A DNA stretch of 64,000 nucleotides from Camelus dromedarius (taxonomy: Eukaryota): positions 84,012,001 to 84,076,000 of the forward strand of contig NC_087437.1 in NCBI RefSeq assembly GCF_036321535.1. The letters run 5' to 3'. The notes under the pieces were generated by a model. The model was not told the origin of the DNA, did no database searches, and saw only the letters and a list, made by a program, of their open reading frames with translations. This document shows positions 28,641-41,585 of the stretch, one piece after another. A program made the translations under genes and the position numbers. Within the stretch, counting starts at the first letter, position 1. Each line of letters begins with the position of its first letter.

Positions 28641-31600
28641 ACTGTTTTAGAATCCAAACCAAATAGAAAAGTGCTGAGGAATACATGGAAGAAAAAAAAA
28701 AGCTACTTAATCTAAAGATGCTATAGTGGATTTCAGTCTGATTAAAAGGTCAGCAATTAGTTTTCAATCTTTACAAACTATTAAGATGAAGACATTTCAC
28801 ATTTTTAATAATGATCAGAATAATCTGTCAGTCTTGACAATGTTTTAATTTTATTCTTACAGATTAACTTTTTAAAAATCTTCATTAATATTTACTTTAA
28901 AGTAAAAGGGACTTTTGGAAAATTTTCCCCCGAAATTAAAACCTAGTACTTTATAGTAACCACATTTGAATCAGTTATCCAAATCAGTCAGTCTCTTATG
29001 CAGGCAGAGATTAGTTAATGAAATTAAACTGGCTTCCATTTTCAAAACAAAGAACTGCACTGAAAATAACAAACAATTTGCCAGACATTTGCTTAGCCAT
29101 AAAGTAGAGCCTTATATCATATGATAGTTACAGATTATGTAAAATGTGATCATATGCACTTATCTTCGCTGCTAACCAGTTTATTTTTATAGGATTTAAA
29201 ATATTTTACCAAACAATCCCTATTACTACTTTCCAATTTGTAGGAGAAATGCCATAAAATTGTTAATCTAATAGTAGAGGCATCAAAATAGCAATAAGAT
29301 CTAATTATTTTATTGCTAAAGAAAACACTTAGTCACCTTTCCTGAAAAATGTACAAATGAGAATTTCTCAGAGAAACAGCTGATGATTCTAAAAGCCAAC
29401 TGCTTAAAGACAAGTTTAGGATTAAGCACATTTCTCTAGCAATGTATGATCATCAAGAAAAACCATGATTGCTACTAACGGATGGTTTAGTGTTGATTAA
29501 AACCTTTTGCTAAAAATTCTGTAAGGACAGGACCAGAGGACTTAGTGACCATGAAATTTAGAATATGTTGAAGAATATACATGCAATAATATATCCTAGT
29601 TACTTTCTAGACAAATTCCTGGTTAAATTTAAGGCTTTGTTCTTTTGATTCCCACTGCCTAGAATCATCTTTTATATTCACAGGGTTTTCTCCTTAATTC
29701 ATGATCTGCTCCAATGTTATGTTGTCAAGAGCAGTCTATTTGGTTGCCCTATGTAAAAAGCCCCCTCCCCATTACTTCCAAATCTCTTATTCTGCTTAGT
29801 TTTTCATCATGGGACATATCGCTACTTGGCACTAAAATATAATGTCCATGAAGGAAGGTACCTGGTTAACCATTTGTATTTCTCCTTTACTGCTATATTC
29901 CTAACACATAGAACAGTTCTGGGCAGATAGAAAATATTCAATAAATACTTTGAGTGAATGAAATAATGAATGAAAGATTAACTGAAACCATCTATAATTT
30001 TTGTTAATGCGGTAAATAGATTTATTAAATTACAGACAAAATAGGTTGAGGATATGCTCAAATAACACATCATTGTTGTTTTCAAGAAGCTTACATATTG
30101 GTCAGAAAAGCAAACTATCAAAATATGATTATGATCCAGTGCGACAGACACGCGTGTGCTATTGTGTGTAAGTGGCTGGGAGCAGTTCAGTTTCTATACT
30201 TGCTGACTGCGAGCTGAGCCACTGACCAACTTCAGGAAACTCACTGCTAGGGTCTAAAAGCCTTTTCTACACCATTCATTTATTCAAAAGATGCATGCCA
30301 CAAAAAGACACTAGACTTGGAAGTAATTTGATGTTTCCTAGGAGTAAAAACAAAGTTTACAATCATCTAGACTCTATTATAATTTAATTTTGGGCTAGAA
30401 TATAAAGTTATTTAGTTATGATTAACTAGACTGACATTTAAATTATCTCCCTTACATAAAATATTCAGTGCACTTTTTGGAAGAAAAACACTCTTCCTAG
30501 GAGATAGGAATTTTATCCTTCAATATAAAGTGTAGGTTTTGAATATGTAATTTTCTTATGTCTAAGAAATATAAAAAATACAAATAGTATAGCATCACTC
30601 AGCTTAAATTATGGTTAATGCTTTTTCCTTTTCTAACTTATCATGTCACTAGCTTATATTCAGTGTATTTTTAGTAAGCATTTAAGATTTTTACACCAAT
30701 TTCTTTTATTTTGAATAGACTTAGAAAAAAAGAGTATTCACTGTCAAGAATTTTGAAAACACACTGAAGATTATGAGGGATATCCAGACCAAAAACAATT
30801 AAAATACAGACATAAAGATGAATGAATCTTTACAATATCCCTAATTACCTACTCTAGCAACATGCAAAACGTCCATATTTGAAACAGATTGTATTTTCAG
30901 AATGCAGTGAACGGTAAATCAAATAGATATTTCAAGTTTATACATATATGGAGACTTGTTTATTTAAATCTATTTTCAATATCAGTTCAATTAATTATTG
31001 TTGCCTGAGCAAATATATGAAATCTGCATATATTAGCCTGCAAAATGTAATCCTAAGGCAAAACCTATACAGAATACCCACGCAATGGCAGGGATAGGAC
31101 TGCTGAATATATATTTTAAGAAGCAAAAGAATTGGACAAACTGCTTCTGACAATAATTGCTTTAAAGACCCTTTAGGAAATACCAGCAGAATTGGTTGGT
31201 AATTTAGCATGTCTTTCACTTTGAACATAGTCCCTAAAGGTTTTTGCACATGTCAGGATATCTACAAACACAATTTGTTTCAGGCTGACTATCCATGATC
31301 AACATTTTCCTTTACTGTCTACGACCCGAATAATTCCTTCTACTAAACTACACATCTTATTTTTTTTCTAACATGCACTGAAGATTAAAATCAAATGTTT
31401 CCTAGGTGTTGCTCTCTTGTTTTCCCCTCTAAATGAACCACCTTTAAAGACCATTTAAATAAACTATGAAAATAGAAGGTTGCAAATATAGCTCTTAGGG
31501 ATTGTAGAAGTCAGTTAATTAAGGTTTATTGCAAAGATTTCTAATTATGAGAGTCATAGTTCTAAATGTATAATCTTATTTATCCAACTAGAATCAGGAT

Positions 31601-33229
31601 AATCAAGGAATGTTTCTTCTAACTATAGCTAAATGGTTCTAAGTGATTTGGAAAAGATTTTTTTTTACATTTATTTAATTGTAAACAGATAGCAAACAAT
31701 TAAGTCAAGGTTGTTTAATGTTGTTTCCTTAATACTTCTTAAGTATGAGAAAAGACATATACAAATAATTAACTTCATGAAAGAAAAGCAAATTTAATGC
31801 AAACTTTCCCTTTATCCTCAAGCTCCACACTGTGCATACATAGAGTAATAAAAACATAATTAGTGCAACTATCTGTATTTCTCAGTCTCTACTACTTTAC
31901 TTAGTATTCAGACAAATGTCACCACATGTATATTATTATTCTGCTGATTTTCTTTTCTCCTGTCTATAGCCCTGATAATATATCAGCATCTTCTGCTAAA
32001 TGGTTGTTTCTCTAACCTGTGTTGTCTATTTTGCAACTCATTTCTCCAAATTTAAAGTTAAATCTTCAGTTCCTTCCCCAAATCCTGTTGTGCCTCTGCA
32101 ATATATCAACTTCTTAGATGCTCTTAGTATGTTAGTCATCAACACCTAATCCCTCAGTTGCTCAATCTTTGCTTGGTTCCTTCTATGCTGCATTCTTTCC
32201 CTTCTCCCGGCCTCATTTGACCTACTCACATTCTACTCATCTCTCGGAACTGAACTTAATTTAAATACTGCTTCCTCAAGAAGACCAGCCCTTATCCTTC
32301 AGACCTGAAGAATACATGCTCTCAGAGCACCCTGGATTTTCCTTGGTGGGACTTATCACAGTACTAATTATGTCTTTGTCAAATTATTTGTTTGTTATCT
32401 GCCTCCCCACCAGAGTGTAAAGTTCATAAGGGCTTGCTCACCACCATATATATGTTGAATAAATCAAACGCTTATGAATAGCTCATATCATTTTGTATAG
32501 TCTCAATCTATGGATACTATGTCTTATTTCATGCTTAAAATATATTTTCTGCCCTTACAGCAATACACTTTGAATAAATTCTCTCATTTTCAAAGTGGGA
32601 AATAATTCATATTCTGCCCTTCTGCTAGGTAGAAAAATGGCCTAAATGAACTCTCTTCTAATCCTAGAATGAAAGGCATAGAATGTACATTTAATGTATG
32701 AAATTATGTAAACATATTTTATTTATATATATTTTATTTAAGGTGATATATTAGTTTTATTCCCAAACTTAATTATTTATATCCTATAGTTAAAATGGTT
32801 GTACTGGATTGTATTTTTTTGATCAAGTGGCAGAAATAAAGCCTTAGAAATAATTTGCTAATGCAGAGAGGAACAGAAGACCCTAATTTGTCTCATTCTG
32901 AAGACATATTTGACAAGAATTTGTTTAGACTATGGGAAAGAACTAAGGAAAGAGAAAACAGAAATTCCATTTTGAACAACTATAAAGCAGATTCTATGCT
33001 GTGAAGCAATTTGCTAAATGAAGGGAAATACTACATAGTAAATTTAAAAATGGTGATTGTACAGTACTCTTTGGCTTTGCTTTATTTATTAGCTGTATTT
33101 CTGAAGATTATCAGCAAAGTGAAATTATACATAATATTTGAATAAAATGGTCATATCCATTATTACAAATATGCTTTTAGTAGAATATTAAAGTTTTCTT
33201 CCTGTGTTTTACAGGTTTAGCAATGTTTT

Positions 33230-33418
33230 TAAACTTTTTATTTTGCAACAATTATAGATTCATAGAAATTAGAAAAAAAAGTATAGCAAGGTCCCATACA
33301 TCCTTTACCTAGCCTCCCCCAATGTTAATTACTTGCATAACTATAGTGCAATATCAAAACCAGGAAATGGACATTGGTAAAATCCACAGGGCTCCTATAT
33401 GTATGTATGTGTGTGTGT

Positions 33419-33468
<50 letters not shown>

Positions 33469-33765
33469 AGCTCAGTGCAATTTATCACATATCTAACTTC
33501 ATGTAACTACCATCACAATCAAGATATGTAAATGTATTACCACTACAAGGCTCTATCCTGCTACACTTTCACAGAGACATATCTCTCCCCCTAATCCCTA
33601 ACCCTTGGCCACCAAGAATCTGTTTAAGATTATGCTATTTCAAGAGGGTTACATAAGTGAATCCTTTTGAGATTGGCTTTTTCACTCAGCATAGTGCCCT
33701 TAAACTTCATCCAAGTTGTATCTGCCCACAGTTGGTTCTTTTTCGTTGCTGAGTAGTATTCCAAC
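33230..33765 (-). mobile_element. Old L1 (L1MC/ME-like) 3' fragment containing a (TG)n microsatellite
   Basis: gagattggctttttcactcagcat...gctgagtagtattcc motifs. Confidence 0.7.
33400..33464. repeat. (TG)n microsatellite
   Basis: Direct reading. Confidence 0.95.
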
Positions 33766-33816
33766 ATTTTTGATATATTTTCATTTTAAACATCACCAGA
33801 TGCTGCCTTCGTGCAT

Positions 33817-34197
33817 CTGGAATGGACTGACTTGCAGTCCCTAAAATTCATATATTGAAGTCCCACCTCAGTAGCTTAGAATTGTGACTGTATTTGGATG
33901 TTAGGACCTTTAATGAGGAAATTAAGGTAAAGTGAAGTCATGTGAGTGTGTTTTAATTCAGTATGATGGTGTCCTTATGAGAAGAGATTAGGACACAGAC
34001 ACGTACAAGGGAAAGAATATGGGAAGACACAGGGAGAAAATGGCTGTCTGCAAGCCAAGGAGAGAGGCTTAAGAAAAAAATCAACTCTGCAGGTAACTTA
34101 GTCTTGGACCTCTAGCCTCTAGAATGGTTAAAAAATTTTCTGTTGTTTAAGGTACCTAGTCTATGGCATTTGTTATAGTAGACCTAGAAAACAAACA
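33817..34197 (+). mobile_element. MaLR solo LTR MLT1A/B-like
   Basis: aaattcatatattgaagtcc, gtgactgtatttgga, ggtgtccttatgagaagag, caagccaaggagagaggc, tctgttgtttaag...tttgttatagtag. Confidence 0.85.
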
Positions 34198-34741
34198 CCA
34201 CGTATAAGAGTAGTTTTATCTGCATAAATTTGTCTCATCTATCTGTGTTCATATACAACAATACTTTCTGCTATAACACAATCACTGGTGTATCCACCTA
34301 ATTTATGAATGCTTCTCAAAGGGAGTTTTTAAAATCTCTGAAGCTTTTCCTATATCATGCTCTGTGATAAATTGTTATGGGGGAATTAAAGAGACTATAT
34401 ACTTATAAAAATCATAGGATATCCATGCCTAACTACACTGCAGTAAAGTCCTATAGTGTAATAAAGGAAATCTTCAGCTGAAAGCCATTGGATTTTTAAA
34501 ACAGACAGTTTAACTACTTTTTACAAAAAACTTCACCTAAACAACAGCACTTAGACTCATTTCTAAATATTTTTTGCTCTTTCTTTTCAGAGTGGATCAT
34601 GGTCAGGCATATTAGCTATACTGTTCTTATAATATAAATAGGAATTAAAATCAACATAAATTCCTACCATCTTCTTATTTGACATACAAAAGAGATGGCT
34701 ACATATGTAGGGCAACTGAATTTCAATTCATTTAGCGACAT

Positions 34742-34747
34742 TTTATT
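34742..34747 (-). promoter_or_regulatory. Candidate intronic polyadenylation signal AATAAA downstream of the FN3 exon read-through stop
   Basis: TTTATT on + strand, about 230 nt past the TAA at 34977-34979. The motif is common in AT-rich DNA, so function is unproven. Confidence 0.35.
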
Positions 34748-35032
34748 TATGTTTGATGTTCACTGGTAATTCAATGGACTTGCTCATAAACAAAAATGCA
34801 TAGATATTAGAGAGAAGCATTATATCCAATTAACCATACTACCATACTACTAAGAGGTAATATCAAAAATACCTTTCTGCACCTTGGGAAACAATAAGGA
34901 CAACCACCAGAAAATCACCCCTATAATGTATAGAGTATACAACTGCACCTCAGTGAATATAGGTCCACCAAGGATATTAAGGAATAAAAAGGAATGATAG
35001 GTCTGTTTCGAGAGAACAGCAATGGAACTTAC

Positions 35033-35368
35033 CGTCTTGATCTGTGGTCACTGTAATAGCTGTGAATGACTTGGGAGAAAAGCTCAACTCAGAGACTCCA
35101 TTCATGGCTTCTATTTCAAAGGTGTAATTCACGTGAGACACAAAGTCAAGTACCACCACAGAATTGTTGATCAGGCCAGTATGTCTTGGGATGAAGCGGA
35201 GTCCTCCACCACAGTCCTCACACTGGCTGGTGTCTAAGCCACATTTCTTACAGATTACACTGTATGTGAGATCTTTTCTCCCTCCTGTGTCACTTGGTGG
35301 GCTCCATTCCAAAATAAGGGCTGTTTCATTGATGTTAAAAGCCACATTTCTGGGAGCTGAAGGTGGCC
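35033..35368 (-). CDS. EPHA6: EPHA6 coding exon (likely exon 5; first fibronectin type-III domain), 336 nt, phase 1/1
   Basis: ttttctctAG|GG CCA CCT TCA GCT...GAT CAA GAC G|GTAAGT. Translation (R)PPSAPRNVAFNINETALILEWSPPSDTGGRKDLTYSVICKKCGLDTSQCEDCGGGLRFIPRHTGLINNSVVVLDFVSHVNYTFEIEAMNGVSELSFSPKSFTAITVTTDQD matches EPHA6 as I recall it, not EPHA3/5/7. It joins the upstream exon in frame (A+GG = Arg). Confidence 0.96.
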
Positions 35369-36904
35369 CTAGAGAAAATAATTAAAAAACAAATGTACAT
35401 GTATAGGACAATGAATTACGATGCTAACTTGAAAACGTCATCAGCAAACACTTGCTAGTCTTTTATATTACTTTGCACTCTTTCTTCTGCTGGGAATGAT
35501 AAAGAAATATGGTTAAAAATATCTGATTAAGTCTAATAAGTAGAGAGTCTTAGGAGTGGAGATGGTCTATATCTTAACTTTTTGGTATAATGATTTCAGT
35601 ATTTAATGCCAAAAGCTACATCTCCAAAAGATACCGTAATTAAACTTTTAAAATTTGTTGACTGAAAATATACAATAACCAAACATTATTTTAAATCATG
35701 TGATAGTTTTAATTACATTTTAATAATTACATCACCATTTGAAAATTTTGAAAAAAATAATAACTTACATGTATAAAACATACTGTATTCAGTCTTTCAG
35801 TCTTCAAACTATGTTTGATTTGTAACTAGAACTCCCATTCATTACTTTTGACAATCTCTGAGGATCTGTTTCTCATAGGCTGAGAATAACTGGCCATAAA
35901 TTTAGCATGGACAGGCACTTTGGAAGAAGAGGAAGAGGAAGGGAAACTGGAGGCTACACAAAAGCTTTTACTAGGTCTTGCCAATTTCATGGGATAGAAG
36001 CATTACACAGAAGGGATAAAAGGAAGTATCCATATATATGGTGTCTAGACTTTAATTTAGATGAATTTTACTAAACACAAAGTAAGTGTGTCTTTAAAAG
36101 CTTATCAGGAGATCCACACAATCCTCTTACTCGTCAATGAGACTCTGCATAAACCAAGTTGGTCGTGGATGACCGATGAGCATCTTCCCTCAGGCTTCTT
36201 TCTCACTATTTTTCAATACAGATCACACTACATACAGTACTTAATATCCTCTCACTATTACAGCCTTTTCTTAAAATTGTATCAACAATCTTTTACAACT
36301 ATCACAGTCCTTCAAACCTCAGTTTCATATCATTCATTGAACAAATATTAACTGAAGGTCTACTAGGTGCTAGGCATTGCACCATGTACTTCATTGTGAA
36401 ATACCACAGAGTCTTTTCTGTAACAGACTGTGCTTAAGATACATATTTGAAAAGTAATTCATTGCATAAATAACAAATTAAATAACATTCTTACCATGTT
36501 TGAAAGGCTTAGTTTTAAGAAATCAAAAACATTTCTTTAAATTTGATATCAGGAAAATTTGCTTAGAAGATGGAAAAGGATTCTCTGTGACATTCTCTCC
36601 ATAGAAAGAAATTCACGTTTTTGTAAAAGCTCCTTTTGAATTTCAAAATACAGTCATTCATTTATTAAATACTTTTCTGTAGTAATCACTATGTGTGTCA
36701 CCTACTTTGCTAGATCTTGAGTTTACAGCATGAGTCTGATAGACATTATTTCTGCTTTCTTGTTATTTACATTTAGCTAAATGGCTAGGTAAACATAAAT
36801 ACATACACATCGACAAAATAATAAAATTCAATTTATAATAATTGCAATTATGAAAATCAAAAGGAAAAGAGCTGAAATAAAAAGTATCAAGGGGACCAAT
36901 CTTT

Positions 36905-36930
36905 TTTCTAGGCTGTGCATTTATATCAGT

Positions 36931-36979
<49 letters not shown>

Positions 36980-37135
36980 TGGATAACACAATTATGGAGG
37001 CTGAAAAACCCCAAGATCTGCAGTCAGAAAGCCGGAGTTCTAGGAAAGCTGGTGTGTAAGCTCCAGTCTGGGTTGAAGGCCAGAGATACCAGGATTGCTG
37101 ATGGTATAAATTCTGGTCCAAGGGCAGGAGAAAAC
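36905..37135 (-). mobile_element. ERVL LTR fragment MLT2-like with internal (TA)n
   Basis: gaattggataacacaattatggaggctgaaaaaccccaagatctgcagtcag...ggaaagctggtg matches the recalled MLT2 motif. (AT)n at 36933-36975. Confidence 0.75.
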
Positions 37136-39554
37136 TCCAGGGGGTCCAAACTGAGAAACATTCTGAGAAAGCCTCATGCAGATGATATGGAAGATGTACA
37201 GACGAGTTGGAAGAATATTAGAGGTAGAAGATGTGTAGTCTTTAGTCAAAAGTATTTTAAAATAGTCATGGAATTGGCACAAAATCACTGTGGCTAGAAT
37301 GCAAATGGGGTATGCAAGAAATGAGTTTTAAGGAACAGGAAGGGACCAGACAATGCAAGGCTGCTAGGCTCATTGGAATGAGTCTGGATATTTTTCTACA
37401 TGTAACAGGAAGAAACTGACAGATTCTATGCATGGAAGTGATGTATTTTAAAAAGAGCATTCTGGCTATAGTGTGAGGAATGGTCTAAATGAGTACAGAG
37501 GACTCAGTAGCAAGATCTGTTTTACGGTATTAAAGTAATATAACATCACTCTTAAATCAATACGACTGTGAATTGGGTTTGAGATATTAAGAAATGTTAT
37601 ATCTTCCTTTTTTATTTTGCTGGATCCTGATATCAACAACATGATGGGTAGGAATCTCAGTCACTATATGCATATCAACTAAAGCTAGACCTAGAAATGG
37701 GGCATTTAGTTTTTCTAAAAAGTTTCTGCATACCTTGTTTTATGCCATTTCATGTTTCAGAGCATTATAAAAACGTCTGCCTTCAGAAAGGAAAATATGG
37801 AAGGAATTATAAACTAGAGCACAGAGACAAGTGTAGGTTCTTATCTCCAACCTAGACTCATGCCTAGGAGATAAAGATTCATTATCATTATCGTAATAAT
37901 GTCTTCCTAGAGAATGATATATTCATATTGTTGTTCTTTTCTCTCATTTATAATGGAAAACATGAATTATTACTAACTTATATTTCCAAGAACAGGAAGA
38001 ATGTTATCAATTAAGTTATGGGTGTCTGCAAGTGTATGACTGTCCGCCTAGAGATACTTTAAAAAAACAAGGCAGACACCCTTCTTACTCAAGGGCTCTC
38101 ATACCAATTTGCATGACGATTAAATAGCTTTTTAATTGCTGTTAAATTATGCCAGCTAAACTGTGATTTCATGCAAATATTAAGCTGTAATGACATGCAG
38201 TGAATCATTTACTAAGATTTAGAACTTAGAATAAAGAGAGACAATTAATTCTAATCCTCAGATTCAACTAAATTATGTGTCACTGGGCTTTTATGAATGT
38301 GGCCTGATTGCTTTGTTATCATTTATAAATTATACAAAGATTATGTGACACATTGAGAAAAAAAAGTCTTGGCAGTCCTAACTCTTTCGGCGACATATGC
38401 ATTGAAAATTCTCAGGGATTTCCTTATGTTGATTTTATTTTCTTCAAATGAAACAAGTAATTCACATAGAACACAAGCAACCTCCATACTTCACCCTTCA
38501 GGTGACCTCGTAAGAAAAGGGCAATCATTTTGATTTGCAATCAGCTTTTTTTCCCCAAGCCCATCATATAATAAACTTTTGTGAAAACCACAATTTTACT
38601 TCCATTAGTTTATCAAAAAAACACATTTTCAATTTTCGTCTTCTTTTTCTGGCTTCAATTTGTATTTCCCCTTTACACTTTTAACGAATAAAGGAATAGT
38701 GCTCCAGTAGTAAACTTAGGAGAAGCCTAAGGCAGTGCTGTCAGGTCCCTCCCAGGAAGAGCGTCTGGCTCTGCAGCCCACACATTTCTCTCAGAGTAGC
38801 AGAGGGTAGGGGGTGGGGGTGATTTTTGTTTTATTTCATTTGATTTTAATTTTTTCTGCATGTAAGTATTCGAAACAGAACTATATTTCCCAAAATATAT
38901 CCTGTGTAATATCTCTGGTTCCACGAGAGACTGCATAAAAAAATGAGTTTGGTGCTCAAATTAAGATTCCTTTGACAGACTGATGCTGAAACAAAAGTAA
39001 CACAATTTGCTTCACTTTGTTGACTCCTATATTTCCAAAACATTTATTCACAGAACATCATTTTCCAAGAAGCATCTGAAGGAATGCTAGCATTCTGCAG
39101 AACACCCTTAAATAAAGGCTGACACTGAAGGAGAACAAACTTAGGGGTCACATTTCAGTTACTATATCAATTGCTGTAGATTTAATATTTTATGTTTATA
39201 GTTACAGAAATATGTTAAGTCATAAACAAACAGGGGCCTTTTCATATTAACTCTTTTATATTAAGAGTGACTATTCACTCATCCATTAACTCTTAATGTT
39301 TTTAAGTCTCTTTAAGAACAATGAAAATTTGACCCAAATAACTGAGGATATTAAGTCATGAATGGCTACTGCTATTAAATCGTATTTTATAGTTTTTAAG
39401 TTACTACCTGGCAATAATTTAAATGTGTTTATTAATGTAATGAATACCAAGAATGTAATAGGACAGTTCCCTAATAAAAAGCATATTTCTTCATACCTAT
39501 GAGGTTACAAATGAGAGAAAAGTAATTCCATGTTAATCTGTGCCAAAGAGAGCA

Positions 39555-39644
39555 TTAAATATACATATATTTATTGTGTGTGTGTATGTATGTGTGTGTG
39601 TATATATATATTGCTATATGCTATATTGCTATATATACATAGCA

Positions 39645-39702
<58 letters not shown>

Positions 39703-39722
39703 TAGCATGTATATATATATAT
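39555..39722. repeat. Compound (TG)n(TA)n(CA)n microsatellite
   Basis: Direct reading. Confidence 0.95.
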
Positions 39723-41419
39723 TGAACCATCTAGAGATGTTTAGGTAAATGTTTTTCCAAAGGAGTAAATTGTAGAATTTACTAAAGAAATATAAATACA
39801 TATGAACAAATGAAAAAGTACAACTCCAGATTTTAATAATGTACAAAAAATATCAGTTGTCAGATCTACATGTAGACATAACTTAAAACTCTAAAAGTCA
39901 CTTCATTCTATGCACTATCACTATCAATTTTAACTGCTATCTACATTTATATTGTTAATCTAATATCCTTCCTATATAATCTTTGAAAAAGATACTTAAT
40001 AAAAGCATCTATAAAAGAAATTACGTATTCTTTTCTAAACCACTAAGTGCTCTATCTGTAAGTTTTGTTCATAAAATGTTTGTATATTTGGAAATGGATG
40101 ATGAGTAGTCATAAAATGGGCTTCAACTTCACCACAGGGAAGGGAATAAATCAGTTTATTCAGATAAAGAACTGAGGCCCAAGGAAGTTCTGTAATTACG
40201 TCAGAATCATGCAGTGCACGAGGTAGGATTATACCTAGGTCATTTCATGTTTGGTTTTTATCCTACTCTATCACACTGTATTTATCTTTTAAATAGAGAA
40301 AGTCTGGTAAATAAATATTTAAAGTATTTTATAGTGGTTTGTTTAGAGAGTATTGTCAAATACAAATTTTTAAAACACACCAATTAGAGAACAATTTATT
40401 TGTCTTCCTACAACAGATTCCTGTTAATAATGTTACCTTAACACATTGAAAAATAATTTTTTTACAGAAGAGCAATCAAGAATTAAATCTTTAGGATAAA
40501 ATATTGCTGAGGATACAGCAACACGTACACTTCAGATCTTCTGAATTCTACATATTCTCATTTTCATCAATATTACTGCACCTATTTCAGTAATTAATTG
40601 ATGTCTAAAATTAAGACTTATCTATTAATGTTTTCATAATACTGTGAATGAGGACTTAGATGATTCTTTTTAGATTTTCCCTTACTTCTAAAACTCATAG
40701 TTAAAGAAAGCAAACATTAAAAAAGAAATCTAATAGACCAAATACCATTCACTTCCAGAATAAAATCTAAATCTCTCAGCCTCTCCATATGTCTTTATAA
40801 CTACGCCTGTCCGTTAGCCACTTTCTCCCTTTTGCTGTACCTCAATGCCTTTGCACATGCTGTTCCATTACCTTTTGCTGTGGAAAATTCCTACTTATCA
40901 TTCACATTCTGATTTAGATGTTACCCTCTTTGTGACACTTTCCCACTGCCCTCAGGCAGGATTGATTACTTTTATACATTGTAGGCGTGTATTCAAAGAA
41001 ATATAGCCAATATTTTTGAGCCCACTTTCTTGTTTTAAGGAATGTACTTAACATTCCATTCAATTATCACAGTAAATCTGTAAGACAGCTGTTAATATGC
41101 TATTTATAGAAAAGGTGACTGATGCTTACCAAATGTACATATTACAATGAAATATTTGTATTCATGTACACCAGTCTATTCTGGTCCAGCTTGATACAAA
41201 GGTGACATGCGTTTTAATTAAGGGAATGAATAGAATGCTTGGTTTTGTACAATCCTCCAAAAATTAATTTTTACATAGTACAAATTTTGACAAATATTGG
41301 AGAATAGAGAGTTCGAGTTGCAAGAATTCAGTGTTATTGATTCAGGATACAGCCACATGACTTGAAAATCACTTTTATGAAGTAGAAGGGAATGTTTATA
41401 TTACGAAAACTGGTGTTAA

Positions 41420-41585
41420 GGAGGAGGGTATAGCTTAGTGGTAGAGTACACGCTGAGCATGCACAAAGTCCTGGGTTCAATCCTGAGTATCTCCACCAAA
41501 ACAAACAAGCAAGCAAGCAAACAAACAAACCTAATTACCCCCATCAAAATAAATAAAATTTAAAAACACATAAATTTTTCTTCTA
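41420..41585 (+). mobile_element. tRNA-Ala-derived SINE (camelid vic-1-like)
   Basis: Pol III A box TAGCTTAGTGG at 41431-41441, B box GGTTCAATCC at 41474-41483, (AAAC/AAGC)n tail, and degenerate TSD aaaac(c)tgg..ttaa. Confidence 0.8.

Larger units (their letters stand above)
1..35032 (-). other. EPHA6: EPHA6 intron following the FN3-1 exon (continues beyond window)
   Basis: Donor GTAAGT at 35032-35027. No recognisable second-FN3 exon found between 35032 and 1. Confidence 0.8.

Noticed and set aside
34977..35345. ORF-track 122-aa ORF as a stand-alone gene
   Set aside because: It is the EPHA6 FN3 exon with a spurious internal GTG start plus intron read-through. The true boundaries are the splice sites at 35368 and 35033.
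39530..39846. YI/CV-repeat ORFs (also 33322-33531 and 36763-37121)
   Set aside because: Translations of (TA)n and (TG)n microsatellites.
41420..41496. Functional tRNA-Ala gene
   Set aside because: Diverged stems, simple-repeat tail and TSD indicate a SINE.
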